A DNA stretch of 64,000 nucleotides from an uncultured Maribacter sp. (GCF_963977385.1 NZ_CAXBOU010000008.1:108619-172618); one strand, 5' to 3'. Shown: positions 29,747 through 38,345, numbered from the stretch's first letter. Translations and numbers: made by a program. Notes: generated from the letters alone by a model not told the origin.

Positions 29747-32700
29747 TTAGTCCTTATTATTTTCTGTTATTTCTTGAATTTCCGTATCAGGATAATTCTT
29801 TCGCTCGATCATATAATAAACCAATGGCACAACCAATAATGTAAGCACCGTAGAAACAATAGTTCCGCCCATTAATGAGATAGCTAAACCTTGAAATATT
29901 GGGTCGAATAAAATAACGAATGCGCCAATAACCACCGTACCAGCTGTTAGTAGAATAGGAGTGGTACGTACAGCACCAGCTTCAATTGCCGCCTGTTTAA
30001 TAGGTACGCCTTCGGCTAATCGCAGGTTAATGAAATCAATAAGTAAAACGGAGTTTCGAACCATTATACCTGCCAATGCAATCATTCCAATAAAAGAGGT
30101 CGCTGTAAAAAATGCGCCCATAATCCAGTGGCCTAAAATAATTCCGATTAATGATAAGGGTATCGCTACCATCATTACAATAGGAGCCTTAAAGTTTTGA
30201 AACCACCCTACAATCAATATATAGATTAAGATGATGGCTCCTAAAAAGGCAATTCCTAAATCACGGAATACCTCAAGTGTAATTTGCCATTCACCATCCC
30301 ATTTAACTGTGTAGTCATCTTCAAATTCAGGCTGACCTAAGTACATTTCGTTAATTTTATACCCTTTTGGTAAGGCTATTTCTTTAAGCTTTTCTTCCAT
30401 ACCCAAAATAGCATAAGCAGGACTCTCCAATTCACCGGCCATATCTGCCATCACGTAAACTACCCGTTTTTGATTTTTACGGTAAATACTCTTTGCGCTT
30501 GTTGTTTCTACAATGTCGACTAAATCGGATATAGCCACCATTGTACCAAGTTTAGAGGTTATTTTCAACTGTGAAATATCTGAAATGGTTGATTTTTCCT
30601 TTTCATCCAATGCCAATATTAAACCGACTTGGTCGCTAGCATTCTCATCATATAAATTAGTTATAGCCCTATTCGATAATGCCATATTCATGGTGTAGAC
30701 AATTTGCTGCGGTGCCACACCATAAAGCATTGCTTTCTCTTTATCGATTACGAATTGATATTCGGTTTGGTCTGCTTCAACAAGCCAATCGATATCAACG
30801 ACATCATCGGTATTCTTTAAAATATCTTGAACGCTATTGGCAATTCTCATTTGTTCTTCATAATCAGGGCCATAAACCTCTGCTACAATTGTGGATAATA
30901 CAGGAGGTCCTGGTGGAACTTCAACCAATTTTACATTCGCATTATATTTCGCAGCTATTTTTTGAATATCTGGTCGTAATAATTTTGCGATGTCATGACT
31001 CTGGGCAGAACGTTCACCTTTGTCAATAAGATTAACCTGAATATCTGCCATATTACTGCCACCACGTAAATCGTAATGACGTACCAAACCGTTAAATGTT
31101 ATTGGTGCAGAGGTGCCAATATAATTTTGGTAATTCACCACTTCTGGGCGGGTTGATAGATATTGTGAAATTTCCTGTGCAACTACACCCGTACGTTCTA
31201 ACGTAGTACCTTCTGGCATATCAATGACCACTTGAAACTCATTCTTATTGTCAAATGGTAACATTTTTACGGCTACCGATTTGGTGAAGAATAATACCAT
31301 AGATCCCATGAGTAATAAAAAAGTCAATCCTAAAAACAACCAACGTTTACTTTTATTTTCAATTAGAGGTCTTTCAAATTTGTTGTAAATCCTATAGATA
31401 AAAGTTTCCTCTAAAGGTTTTTGTTGTTTCGCTTCTTCACCTTTTTTATCTTTTTCTCTTAAGAAAATATATCCTAAATAGGGAGTGATGGTTAAAGCAA
31501 CGAATAAGGACAGAATCATTGCGATAGAAGCCCCAATAGGCATTGGAGCCATATAAGGACCCATTAAGCCAGATACGAATGCCATGGGTAGTACAGAGGC
31601 TATTACAGTAAATGTGGCCAATATTGTTGGGTTACCTACTTCATTTATAGCATACAGCGCAGCTTGTTTAAACGGTAGCCGTTTCATTTTAAAATGCCGG
31701 TGCATATTCTCGGCAATAATAATAGAGTCATCTACTACGATACCAGTAACAAATACCAGGGCAAACAAAGTAATTCTGTTCAGCGTGTAATCTAACATGT
31801 AGTAGCTCAACAGCGTTAAAGCAAACGTAATCGGAACCGATAAAAATACCACTAAGCCACCGCGCCAGCCCATCGCTAGCATAACCACAAGTGTTACTGC
31901 AAAGATGGAACCTATAAGGTGCAACAGTAATTCTGATACTTTATGAGATGCAGTTTCACCATAGTTTCTGGTAATTTCTACATGTACATCATCAGGTATA
32001 AGTGTAGTGCGTAAATGGTCAACTTTATCAATAACGATATCTGCAATTTTCATCGCATCGGCACCCTTTCTTTTTGCTACCGAAATGGTAACAGCTGGGT
32101 ATTCAGATTTGTAATCAGCAACTTTATCGCTAGCCTGTCCAAAACCTAAAGACACATAACTCTGTGGAACTTCTGGTCCATCGATAATGCTCGCGATTTG
32201 CTTTAAATAAATAGGTTGGTCCTGCTGTACGCCAACTACAAGATTTTCAACATCGGTTACCGAAGCCAGAAAATTACCGGTATTTACCAAAAATTCGGTA
32301 TCATTTTTATCAAAACTACCTGAACTCAATTGTGCATTGTTCGCCTTTATCATTTCAGAAACCGATAAGAAATCTAAGCCGCTAGCAGCCAATTTATCTT
32401 TGTCTAAAACCACGCGCAATTGACGGTCTTGATTACCGATTTTATGGGTAATCGCAACATCGGTTACCTTTTTAATCTCACTTTCTAACTCTTGTGCCAT
32501 TTGGCTCAACTGGTACCCATCATAGTTCTCACTCCATAATGTCAGGCCCAGCATGGGTACATCATCAATTGCCCGTGTCTTTACCAACGGAAACGTAACA
32601 CCCTCGGGCATTTGATCCATGTGCTTATTAATTTCATTGTACAATTTCACGAACGAACGTTCAATATCCTCGCCTACATAAAATTGAACGATGACCATTC

Positions 32701-32980
32701 CCTGTTCTTTCATAGAAGTTGAATACACATATTCAACACCTTTAATGTTCGAAATTAATTGTTCTAATGGCTTTATCACTCTCGACTCAACTTCCGTTGG
32801 ACTTGCGCCAGGATAACCCACAAAAATATCGGCCATTGGCACATCAATTTGAGGTTCTTCTTCTCTCGGAATCAAAAACGAACTGTACACCCCAACGACC
32901 ATAAATACAATCATCAGTAGTACCGTTAACTTGCTGCCTATAAATAATTTGGCAATTTTACCAGCTAAACCTTCCTTCAT
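29747..32980 (-). CDS. RND efflux transporter permease (AcrB/CzcA superfamily)
   Basis: 1077 aa with a 12-TM pattern and two large periplasmic loops. Family-typical segments include VDDSIIIAENM and MVRNSVLLIDF. Confidence 0.92.
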   Translation of the reverse strand: MKEGLAGKIAKLFIGSKLTVLLMIVFMVVGVYSSFLIPREEEPQIDVPMADIFVGYPGASPTEVESRVIKPLEQLISNIKGVEYVYSTSMKEQGMVIVQFYVGEDIERSFVKLYNEINKHMDQMPEGVTFPLVKTRAIDDVPMLGLTLWSENYDGYQLSQMAQELESEIKKVTDVAITHKIGNQDRQLRVVLDKDKLAASGLDFLSVSEMIKANNAQLSSGSFDKNDTEFLVNTGNFLASVTDVENLVVGVQQDQPIYLKQIASIIDGPEVPQSYVSLGFGQASDKVADYKSEYPAVTISVAKRKGADAMKIADIVIDKVDHLRTTLIPDDVHVEITRNYGETASHKVSELLLHLIGSIFAVTLVVMLAMGWRGGLVVFLSVPITFALTLLSYYMLDYTLNRITLFALVFVTGIVVDDSIIIAENMHRHFKMKRLPFKQAALYAINEVGNPTILATFTVIASVLPMAFVSGLMGPYMAPMPIGASIAMILSLFVALTITPYLGYIFLREKDKKGEEAKQQKPLEETFIYRIYNKFERPLIENKSKRWLFLGLTFLLLMGSMVLFFTKSVAVKMLPFDNKNEFQVVIDMPEGTTLERTGVVAQEISQYLSTRPEVVNYQNYIGTSAPITFNGLVRHYDLRGGSNMADIQVNLIDKGERSAQSHDIAKLLRPDIQKIAAKYNANVKLVEVPPGPPVLSTIVAEVYGPDYEEQMRIANSVQDILKNTDDVVDIDWLVEADQTEYQFVIDKEKAMLYGVAPQQIVYTMNMALSNRAITNLYDENASDQVGLILALDEKEKSTISDISQLKITSKLGTMVAISDLVDIVETTSAKSIYRKNQKRVVYVMADMAGELESPAYAILGMEEKLKEIALPKGYKINEMYLGQPEFEDDYTVKWDGEWQITLEVFRDLGIAFLGAIILIYILIVGWFQNFKAPIVMMVAIPLSLIGIILGHWIMGAFFTATSFIGMIALAGIMVRNSVLLIDFINLRLAEGVPIKQAAIEAGAVRTTPILLTAGTVVIGAFVILFDPIFQGLAISLMGGTIVSTVLTLLVVPLVYYMIERKNYPDTEIQEITENNKD

Positions 32981-33000
32981 TATTTCTATATTTTATTTGT

Positions 33001-33103
33001 GTGTTACCACCTGCCGGTTGGCAGGCGGTCGGGCTTTCCGCTCATACTCCTCGGCACAAAAATGCCTGTGGGGTAACCGCTTCAATCCCTAACCCAGACT
33101 CGT
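33001..33103. repeat. GC-rich structured intergenic element inside the RND operon
   Basis: About 100 nt between the MFP stop and the RND start. Clearly more GC-rich than its surroundings. Hairpin ccacctgcc-ggtt-ggcaggcgg at 33007..33028. The segment aatgcctgtggggtaacc resembles aatgcctcttgggtttacc of repeat copy 3. Confidence 0.5.
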
Positions 33104-34186
33104 TTATTGATTTGCGATTTTTGCTCCGTTAAATAATTTTCCTTCTGCAGAAACTATATATTGCTCATCGGCAGAAAGACCTGATAATACTTCTACTTCA
33201 TCTCCGAAAGTTCTCCCCAATCGCAACCAACGCAACAGCGCGGTGTTACTTTGACTTACCGTATAAATACCTGACAACTGTCCATTCTTTACAATAGCTT
33301 CAATAGGAATCATGACAGCGGAAGTAGTCGTTTTTCGTGCTACAGGAAACTGTACTGTGGCATACATACCTGATAATATCTGTGCATCGGTCTTGTCTAA
33401 AATAACTTTTACAAGATATTGACCTCCTGTGTTTTTAGAAGAGGTACTAACTTCGGTCACCTTACCTTTTACATTCTCATTTAATGCTTTTATCTGCACA
33501 GTTACTTCAATATCACTTTTAACATCAAGAATTTCAGATTCTGGTACCATGGCCAAAACTTGATATTTACCTGGAGATTCTACTTCCATCAATGCCATAC
33601 CTGGGTTTGCCATATCGCCTGCACTAATGAATTTATTAGTGACCACACCATTAAAAGGAGCACGGATATTCGCATAACCCATTTGTGCATTTACACCGTT
33701 TCTCATTTGTTTAGCAGACTCTAATCGTGCCTTAGCCATGTTATAATTGGCTGTGATATCATCAAGCTCTTTCTGTGAGGCACTGTTTTCTTGAAACAAC
33801 GTTGAGAACCGATTATAGTCCTTTTCAGCATTGGTGAATGCAGCTTCAGCTTCAGTGATTCCCGCATTTACTTGTGCTAATTGAGCCGACATATTAGCAT
33901 TATTGACGCTCATCAGTAATTGGCCATCACTTACTTTATCACCAACGCCAACATATATTTTATCTACATAACCCATCATTCGGGTACTGATGTTAGCACT
34001 CTTGGCTGCTTCGATTTTTCCGCTTACCGATAAAAATGGACTACTATTGTCTTCAGAAACAGTTTTCACTTGAACGGCTATAGCTGGTGAATTATCAACT
34101 ACTGCTTTTTTATCTTCGCTTCCACAACTAGAGATTAGGACTGTTGCTCCTAAAATTGCTGTGATTATATATTTTTTATTTTTCAT
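33104..34186 (-). CDS. RND efflux periplasmic adaptor (membrane fusion protein)
   Basis: 360 aa with lipobox ISSCG, a coiled-coil hairpin region and HlyD-like barrel motifs. Confidence 0.9.
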   Translation of the reverse strand: MKNKKYIITAILGATVLISSCGSEDKKAVVDNSPAIAVQVKTVSEDNSSPFLSVSGKIEAAKSANISTRMMGYVDKIYVGVGDKVSDGQLLMSVNNANMSAQLAQVNAGITEAEAAFTNAEKDYNRFSTLFQENSASQKELDDITANYNMAKARLESAKQMRNGVNAQMGYANIRAPFNGVVTNKFISAGDMANPGMALMEVESPGKYQVLAMVPESEILDVKSDIEVTVQIKALNENVKGKVTEVSTSSKNTGGQYLVKVILDKTDAQILSGMYATVQFPVARKTTTSAVMIPIEAIVKNGQLSGIYTVSQSNTALLRWLRLGRTFGDEVEVLSGLSADEQYIVSAEGKLFNGAKIANQ

Positions 34187-34218
34187 CTTTATGATTGGTA
34201 TTAAGTAATTGATTTATC

Positions 34219-35532
34219 CTATTCTTTCGTAAGAAACTGTACATATGCCAAGGCATAATTATGTTGAAATATTGTAGCGTAATATTCTAATTGCTTTTGA
34301 GAATATTGCGTTTCAGACATCAGCAAATCAGTAGTTTTTTCTAAACCCTGCTTGAACCTATTTGTGCGTATGCGTAATGATTCTTCAGATTGTTCAAGTG
34401 CCAATTTTGTAAGCTTTAATTTGTTTTTAGCATCTTCAAAACCTCTTTTTGCTTTATTAAGTTCTAATTGACTTTCAGACTTGTATTGTTCTAACTGTAA
34501 TTTAGATTTGTCATATTCAGCTTTACTTTTTTGAGATTTCCCAAAACGTTTACTGCCTTCAAAAAGATTCCATTTTAATTCTGCACCAAATAAATATCCT
34601 TGGGCTTGACCTTGAAAAATTTCATCATCATGTAACTCATAAGTGCCAAAGGCATTTAATCTAGGTAAGAAAGCCATTTGGTCTGCCTTATGCATTTGTC
34701 TATATGCTTCGGTAGCCGAATTCATCGCTAAAATATCTTTTCTATTTTCAGATAAGTTTACAGCCGTTGCAGTCGCAGAACTAGTTATGGATAGTGAATC
34801 AGAAGGTTTTAAAATTTCATTTTCATCAGCATTCATTAAAACAGATAGGTAGTTGCTGGCATTTAGAATATTACTTTTTGCGTATTGCAATTGATTATCT
34901 ATTTCTGTAACTCGTACTTCTACCGAAAGAACATCAGATTTTTGTAGGTAGCCTTGTTTGTAGCTATTGTCGGCTATACGCTTATTTTCTAAAGCTGTTT
35001 CTTGGGCTTTTTCTATAACCTTCACGGTTTTATAGGCAAGTTGTAATTGCATATAGGCTTTTTCAACCTCAAGGGCTAGATAATCTTCGGTGCGATCCGA
35101 CTGTAGTTCGGTAGCGTTCCATTTTGCCTTTGCAGCCTTACGTTGAAAAATTCCGTCGAAATTTATGAGCGGTTGTTGAACTTCTACACGAGTCGCATAA
35201 TCTTCAATTTGTCGAGGGTCATTCAATACACTAGGATTAAAATCTGCCGCTGTTAAAATTTCTTGATTAAGTTTTGAGCCAAAAGCCATTAAAGGGTTCG
35301 TGGTGGCAATCGCTGTATGTGAAACGCTGATATTGGGTAATAAAATAGCATTGGTCTGATTATAATCACCCTTTGCAGACAACACATCTTGTTGTGCCAT
35401 TTTTATCGTGTTATTACGCTCCTTAACTTTGGCTAACACTTCATCTTTAGTAATAGACTTAGTTTCTTGCGCTAGTCCCGAAAAAAAGACGAATAACACT
35501 ATCATTCCTAATTTATACTTCATCGTATTCAT
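34219..35532 (-). CDS. TolC-family outer membrane efflux protein
   Basis: 437 aa with a signal peptide. Two OEP repeats with long coiled-coil segments. Confidence 0.88.
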   Translation of the reverse strand: MNTMKYKLGMIVLFVFFSGLAQETKSITKDEVLAKVKERNNTIKMAQQDVLSAKGDYNQTNAILLPNISVSHTAIATTNPLMAFGSKLNQEILTAADFNPSVLNDPRQIEDYATRVEVQQPLINFDGIFQRKAAKAKWNATELQSDRTEDYLALEVEKAYMQLQLAYKTVKVIEKAQETALENKRIADNSYKQGYLQKSDVLSVEVRVTEIDNQLQYAKSNILNASNYLSVLMNADENEILKPSDSLSITSSATATAVNLSENRKDILAMNSATEAYRQMHKADQMAFLPRLNAFGTYELHDDEIFQGQAQGYLFGAELKWNLFEGSKRFGKSQKSKAEYDKSKLQLEQYKSESQLELNKAKRGFEDAKNKLKLTKLALEQSEESLRIRTNRFKQGLEKTTDLLMSETQYSQKQLEYYATIFQHNYALAYVQFLTKE

Positions 35533-35571
35533 TTATTTAATGCAAAATTAAGGCGGTAAAACAGGCTGCAC

Positions 35572-35587
35572 AGTAACTAATGTTACC
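35572..35587 (-). promoter_or_regulatory. CRP/FNR-type box upstream of the TolC-MFP-RND operon
   Basis: Gene-oriented GGTAACATTAGTTACT. After 21 nt comes a perfect -7 box TAATTTTG (35543..35550, minus strand). The box ends 40 nt upstream of the ATG. Confidence 0.7.
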
Positions 35588-35627
35588 TAAGGAAATTTCT
35601 TTCTTAAAAAACATCTGTTTAAAAAAG

Positions 35628-35658
35628 AAAAGGCACTCTTTTATAAAGAGTGCCTTTT
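35628..35658 (-). terminator. rho-independent terminator after the SQR/small-ORF unit
   Basis: Perfect palindrome aaaaggcactcttta/taaagagtgcctttt, followed on the minus strand by a T-run (tttctttttt). Confidence 0.85.
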
Positions 35659-35689
35659 ACAATCAACCGAAAAACAAAAGAAAAATTAG

Positions 35690-35782
35690 TTTACTCGAAA
35701 ATCGAGATTTAAATGCTCCGATGCTTGCGTCGAAATCAAAATGTTCTTTCTTATGAATGCCTCTTGGGTTTACCCCGAGGTT
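35690..35782 (-). repeat. structured intergenic repeat, copy 3 (full length)
   Basis: tttactcgaaaatcgagatttaaatgctccgatgcttgcgtcgaaatcaaaatg...gaatgcctcttgggtttaccccgaggtt. Its reverse complement aligns end to end with copy 1. Its right end supplies the last codons and the TAA of ORF 35770..35979. Confidence 0.8.
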
Positions 35783-35979
35783 ATTTTCTTTTTAGGAGAT
35801 TTTATAAATAAACTGAATAATAGTCCACCCATAAAACCGCCATATAATGTACTGGTCAAAGGTTTAGAAGTTATGGCACAAGTACCACTCAAACAACCAA
35901 TTTCTGTGTAGTATATATACCCTGCTATAGCGTCAATTACCACACCGATTGTGGTTAGTATAATTACTTTTTTTGTCAT
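35770..35979 (-). CDS. small membrane protein (two TM, CxxGxC motif)
   Basis: 69 aa. Contains the motif GCLSGTCA between hydrophobic helices. Start overlaps the stop of the 46-aa ORF upstream (TAATG). Confidence 0.55.
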   Translation of the reverse strand: MTKKVIILTTIGVVIDAIAGYIYYTEIGCLSGTCAITSKPLTSTLYGGFMGGLLFSLFIKSPKKKITSG

Positions 35980-36119
35980 TAGTTATTGGCTTTTCTTGTG
36001 CCCCCGTGACCGCCAGCCACAATGAGCATTATTTTAATACTCAGCCAAATGAACTTAAAAAATTGAATTATTGGGTTCATCATATAAAAGCGTTTCGATT
36101 TCGATATTCTCTGTGTCAT
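35979..36119 (-). CDS. unannotated 46-aa small membrane protein (below ORF-track cutoff)
   Basis: My translation is MTQRISKSKRFYMMNPIIQFFKFIWLSIKIMLIVAGGHGGTRKANN. One hydrophobic helix and a GGHGG tail. Coupled by TAATG to the next ORF and located 55 nt after the SQR-like gene. Confidence 0.35.
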   Translation of the reverse strand: MTQRISKSKRFYMMNPIIQFFKFIWLSIKIMLIVAGGHGGTRKANN

Positions 36120-36174
36120 TTCTTTTGGTTTTTAAGTTTTATTAATTCAAGTTTTAAAAGATTGTATCTCAAAA

Positions 36175-37629
36175 CTATTCAGGAATTAGCCACCAAAAAG
36201 GTTTCATTTTCGCCTTATAAATAAAGGCATAGTGTAGGGCTAATTTTAACCAATGACCAGCTAAACCGATTTCACCAAAAGTCTTGTCTAACTGTCTACC
36301 TTGTGTATCGGGATATTTATGATAATCAGGTACAATAGGATAGGTGGTAATACTAACGCCACTACCTTTTGTCATTCCATAACCCGCAGATGCAATACAT
36401 GCTGCCCCCATGTTACCCATAGAACCCTTATGGTGCAATTCTTTTTTCCCGTTAATGATATCAATAATATTGTCTGCCACTAACTTCGCTGTAATACCAG
36501 AAGGCATTCCTGTTCTTGGCGGAGCAGGGGATATGAGTGTACCATTTTTACTTACCCTAGGTTTAGAAATAGCATGCGGTGGAGCAAACGCAATACCTGG
36601 GGCGAATATATTTTTATACGACGGATTTTGGTAGATTTCAGGCCAATCTTGTACACTCCATTCTTCATATGGTTTAGGCGTATAATCGGCATCGACCAAC
36701 ATAAATCCTTTGAAGAGTTTTTCTGTGATATCTTCGTTATTTTTATTAAAAGCTTTAAAACCATGCCCTGAGAAAGCAGGTATTAGCATGGCAAAATCAT
36801 ATGTTTCAGAATTGTATTCACCATCTAGCGTTTCATAATGCGCTACACCATCTTCTATTTTGTTTACCCCTGCACCAATAATCCATTTTATACCACGGTC
36901 TTCAAAGACCATTTCGACCATTTCGCTAGATTTCATTATGTTGTTGCCGTAACTGAGCAGCATACCGTCCATACCAAAATCACCTAATTGATGCTCATTG
37001 GCAATCCATACAACTTCAGCTTTGTCACGTACATTATGTCGCCTTAGTTCTTGTTCAACATTTAAAATATATTCGAAAGCTGCACCTTGACACGTAGATT
37101 TTGCATGGCCAGTGCCAATTAGTATTTTCACTTTTTTGCCTTGTTTCATTTCCTGAATCAAGTCATTCAAAGCATGCCACGCATGTTCGGCATGTGTATA
37201 TGTACAAACAGAATATGCTTTGTTAGTACCTGGGTTTAGGCCTTCGGTCATATCAAAGGCTAGTTTAGGGCCTGTAGCATTTATTAAATAATCGTAGGTT
37301 ACTTTTTCGGTTTGTCCTTTTTTCTCATCGTTTACATATTCGATTTTAACAAAAGGCTGTGTAGTATCGGTATCACCTTCTGGGTGAAACGTAGTTACTT
37401 TTGCTTGTTTATAACCGATGCTTTTTTTCTTGTATAAAGGAGCCAAAGGAAATAGGATCTCTTTAGACTTCATTCTACCAATACCAACCCAAATGTTTGA
37501 GGGTATCCATTGGTAATTACTATTTGGCGAAACAACCAAAACTTCATGTTCTTTCGATAATTTTCGACGTAGATGAGCTGCTGCGACGTGACCGGAAATT
37601 CCTGCACCTAATATGACTATTTTTGACAT
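36175..37629 (-). CDS. FAD-dependent sulfide:quinone oxidoreductase-like protein (long form, C-terminal amphipathic tail)
   Basis: 484 aa. Rossmann motif ILGAGISGH, cysteine motifs KSTCQGAAFEY and GAACIASAG in the positions used by SQR-family enzymes, and a hydrophobic C-terminus. Confidence 0.7.
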   Translation of the reverse strand: MSKIVILGAGISGHVAAAHLRRKLSKEHEVLVVSPNSNYQWIPSNIWVGIGRMKSKEILFPLAPLYKKKSIGYKQAKVTTFHPEGDTDTTQPFVKIEYVNDEKKGQTEKVTYDYLINATGPKLAFDMTEGLNPGTNKAYSVCTYTHAEHAWHALNDLIQEMKQGKKVKILIGTGHAKSTCQGAAFEYILNVEQELRRHNVRDKAEVVWIANEHQLGDFGMDGMLLSYGNNIMKSSEMVEMVFEDRGIKWIIGAGVNKIEDGVAHYETLDGEYNSETYDFAMLIPAFSGHGFKAFNKNNEDITEKLFKGFMLVDADYTPKPYEEWSVQDWPEIYQNPSYKNIFAPGIAFAPPHAISKPRVSKNGTLISPAPPRTGMPSGITAKLVADNIIDIINGKKELHHKGSMGNMGAACIASAGYGMTKGSGVSITTYPIVPDYHKYPDTQGRQLDKTFGEIGLAGHWLKLALHYAFIYKAKMKPFWWLIPE

Positions 37630-37681
37630 TTCTACAAGCTTTTAAGTTTATACTAAGGTCACTTTAATCTTGAAGCTATAC

Positions 37682-37697
37682 AGTAACCTTTGTTACA
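37682..37697 (-). promoter_or_regulatory. CRP/FNR-type box upstream of the SQR-like gene
   Basis: Gene-oriented TGTAACAAAGGTTACT, ending 53 nt upstream of the ATG. This site has no recognisable TAnnTTTG at the 20-21 nt spacing. Confidence 0.55.
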
Positions 37698-37787
37698 CAA
37701 ACAGGTATAATTCATTTTGTTACAATAGTCTACTGCAAAACAGTGATGGATTGTTAGAATTGCTTTGACGACAGGCTTAATAGCTAT

Positions 37788-37803
37788 ATTGATTAATATC
37801 ATA
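37788..37803 (+). promoter_or_regulatory. FNR-consensus-like box (TTGAT-N4-ATCAT) upstream of a small ORF
   Basis: ATTGATTAATATCATA, then 21 nt to a perfect -7 box TAATTTTG (37825..37832). Same geometry as the TGTAAC boxes but with different half-sites. Confidence 0.4.
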
Positions 37804-37858
37804 TTTAGATATTAACGGGATACTTAATTTTGAGGATACTATTTAAAATAGCTTAGAG

Positions 37859-37978
37859 ATGAGAGGCAGTTCAAATACATTGATTTATGTCATTGCCGGT
37901 ATTATTATTCTCCATTTTGTTGTCGGCTTTATTTGGCTGATCTATAAATTAAATAAGAAAAAAGAGAAGATAGATTAA
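37859..37978 (+). CDS. possible 39-aa small membrane protein
   Basis: MRGSSNTLIYVIAGIIILHFVVGFIWLIYKLNKKKEKID. One TM helix and a basic tail, 26 nt downstream of a consensus -7 box. No homology evidence. Confidence 0.25.
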   Translation: MRGSSNTLIYVIAGIIILHFVVGFIWLIYKLNKKKEKID

Positions 37979-38045
37979 TTGATTCATTAACCTCTGCTTG
38001 ATAGTAACACTGGTATGTATCTTAGAAAGGAAAAGGGGATAATAG

Positions 38046-38345
38046 TTATGATTTATTAAATTTATGATATACTTTTTTAGCCAAAACAAGGGCTAAGGCA
38101 CCACCAATTGCTGAGACTAACAAATTAATAGTCAGTCGAAAACCATCAAAATCACCATTATTCATTATAGACCAAGGGTCAAAGCCTAATCTTCCAAAAG
38201 TTTTTATGAATAAGATGCTTCCAAAAACGCCTGCAATCGTATTGCCTATAACACCAAATGAGTACTTTTTTAATATAAAGCCTACACCATTTGCTGCAAT
38301 TATTCCTATAACAATACTAATTAATGAAATTAATGTGCCTGTCAT
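38046..38345 (-). CDS. GlsB/YeaQ/YmgE family (transglycosylase-associated) stress membrane protein
   Basis: 99 aa. Has the typical glycine-rich TM pattern (GIIAANGVGF...GNTIAGVFGSILF). Lies 15 nt after cydB. Confidence 0.75.
   Translation of the reverse strand: MTGTLISLISIVIGIIAANGVGFILKKYSFGVIGNTIAGVFGSILFIKTFGRLGFDPWSIMNNGDFDGFRLTINLLVSAIGGALALVLAKKVYHKFNKS

Noticed and set aside
29961-31790. Plus-strand ORFs inside the RND permease gene, and similar ORFs inside cydA/cydB, the SQR-like gene, the PDO genes, TauE and ccoG/ccoP (e.g. 36301..36771, 38992..40544, 53648..53898, 54602..55087, 56040..56267, 62994..63206, 63398..63937).
   Set aside because: These are shadow ORFs antisense to confidently identified genes.
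33001-33103. The GC-rich island as a possible tRNA, other small RNA gene or CRISPR repeat.
   Set aside because: There is no cloverleaf or T-loop (GTTCGAATC-like) sequence. It is not tandemly repeated. It lies inside an operon spacer. I kept it only as a structured or repeat-like element.
35973-36224. 83-aa plus-strand ORF covering the region of the two mini-protein genes.
   Set aside because: The minus-strand reading gives two hydrophobic, TAATG-coupled ORFs in operon orientation with the SQR-like gene. The plus-strand product has no features and would run against the flanking transcription.
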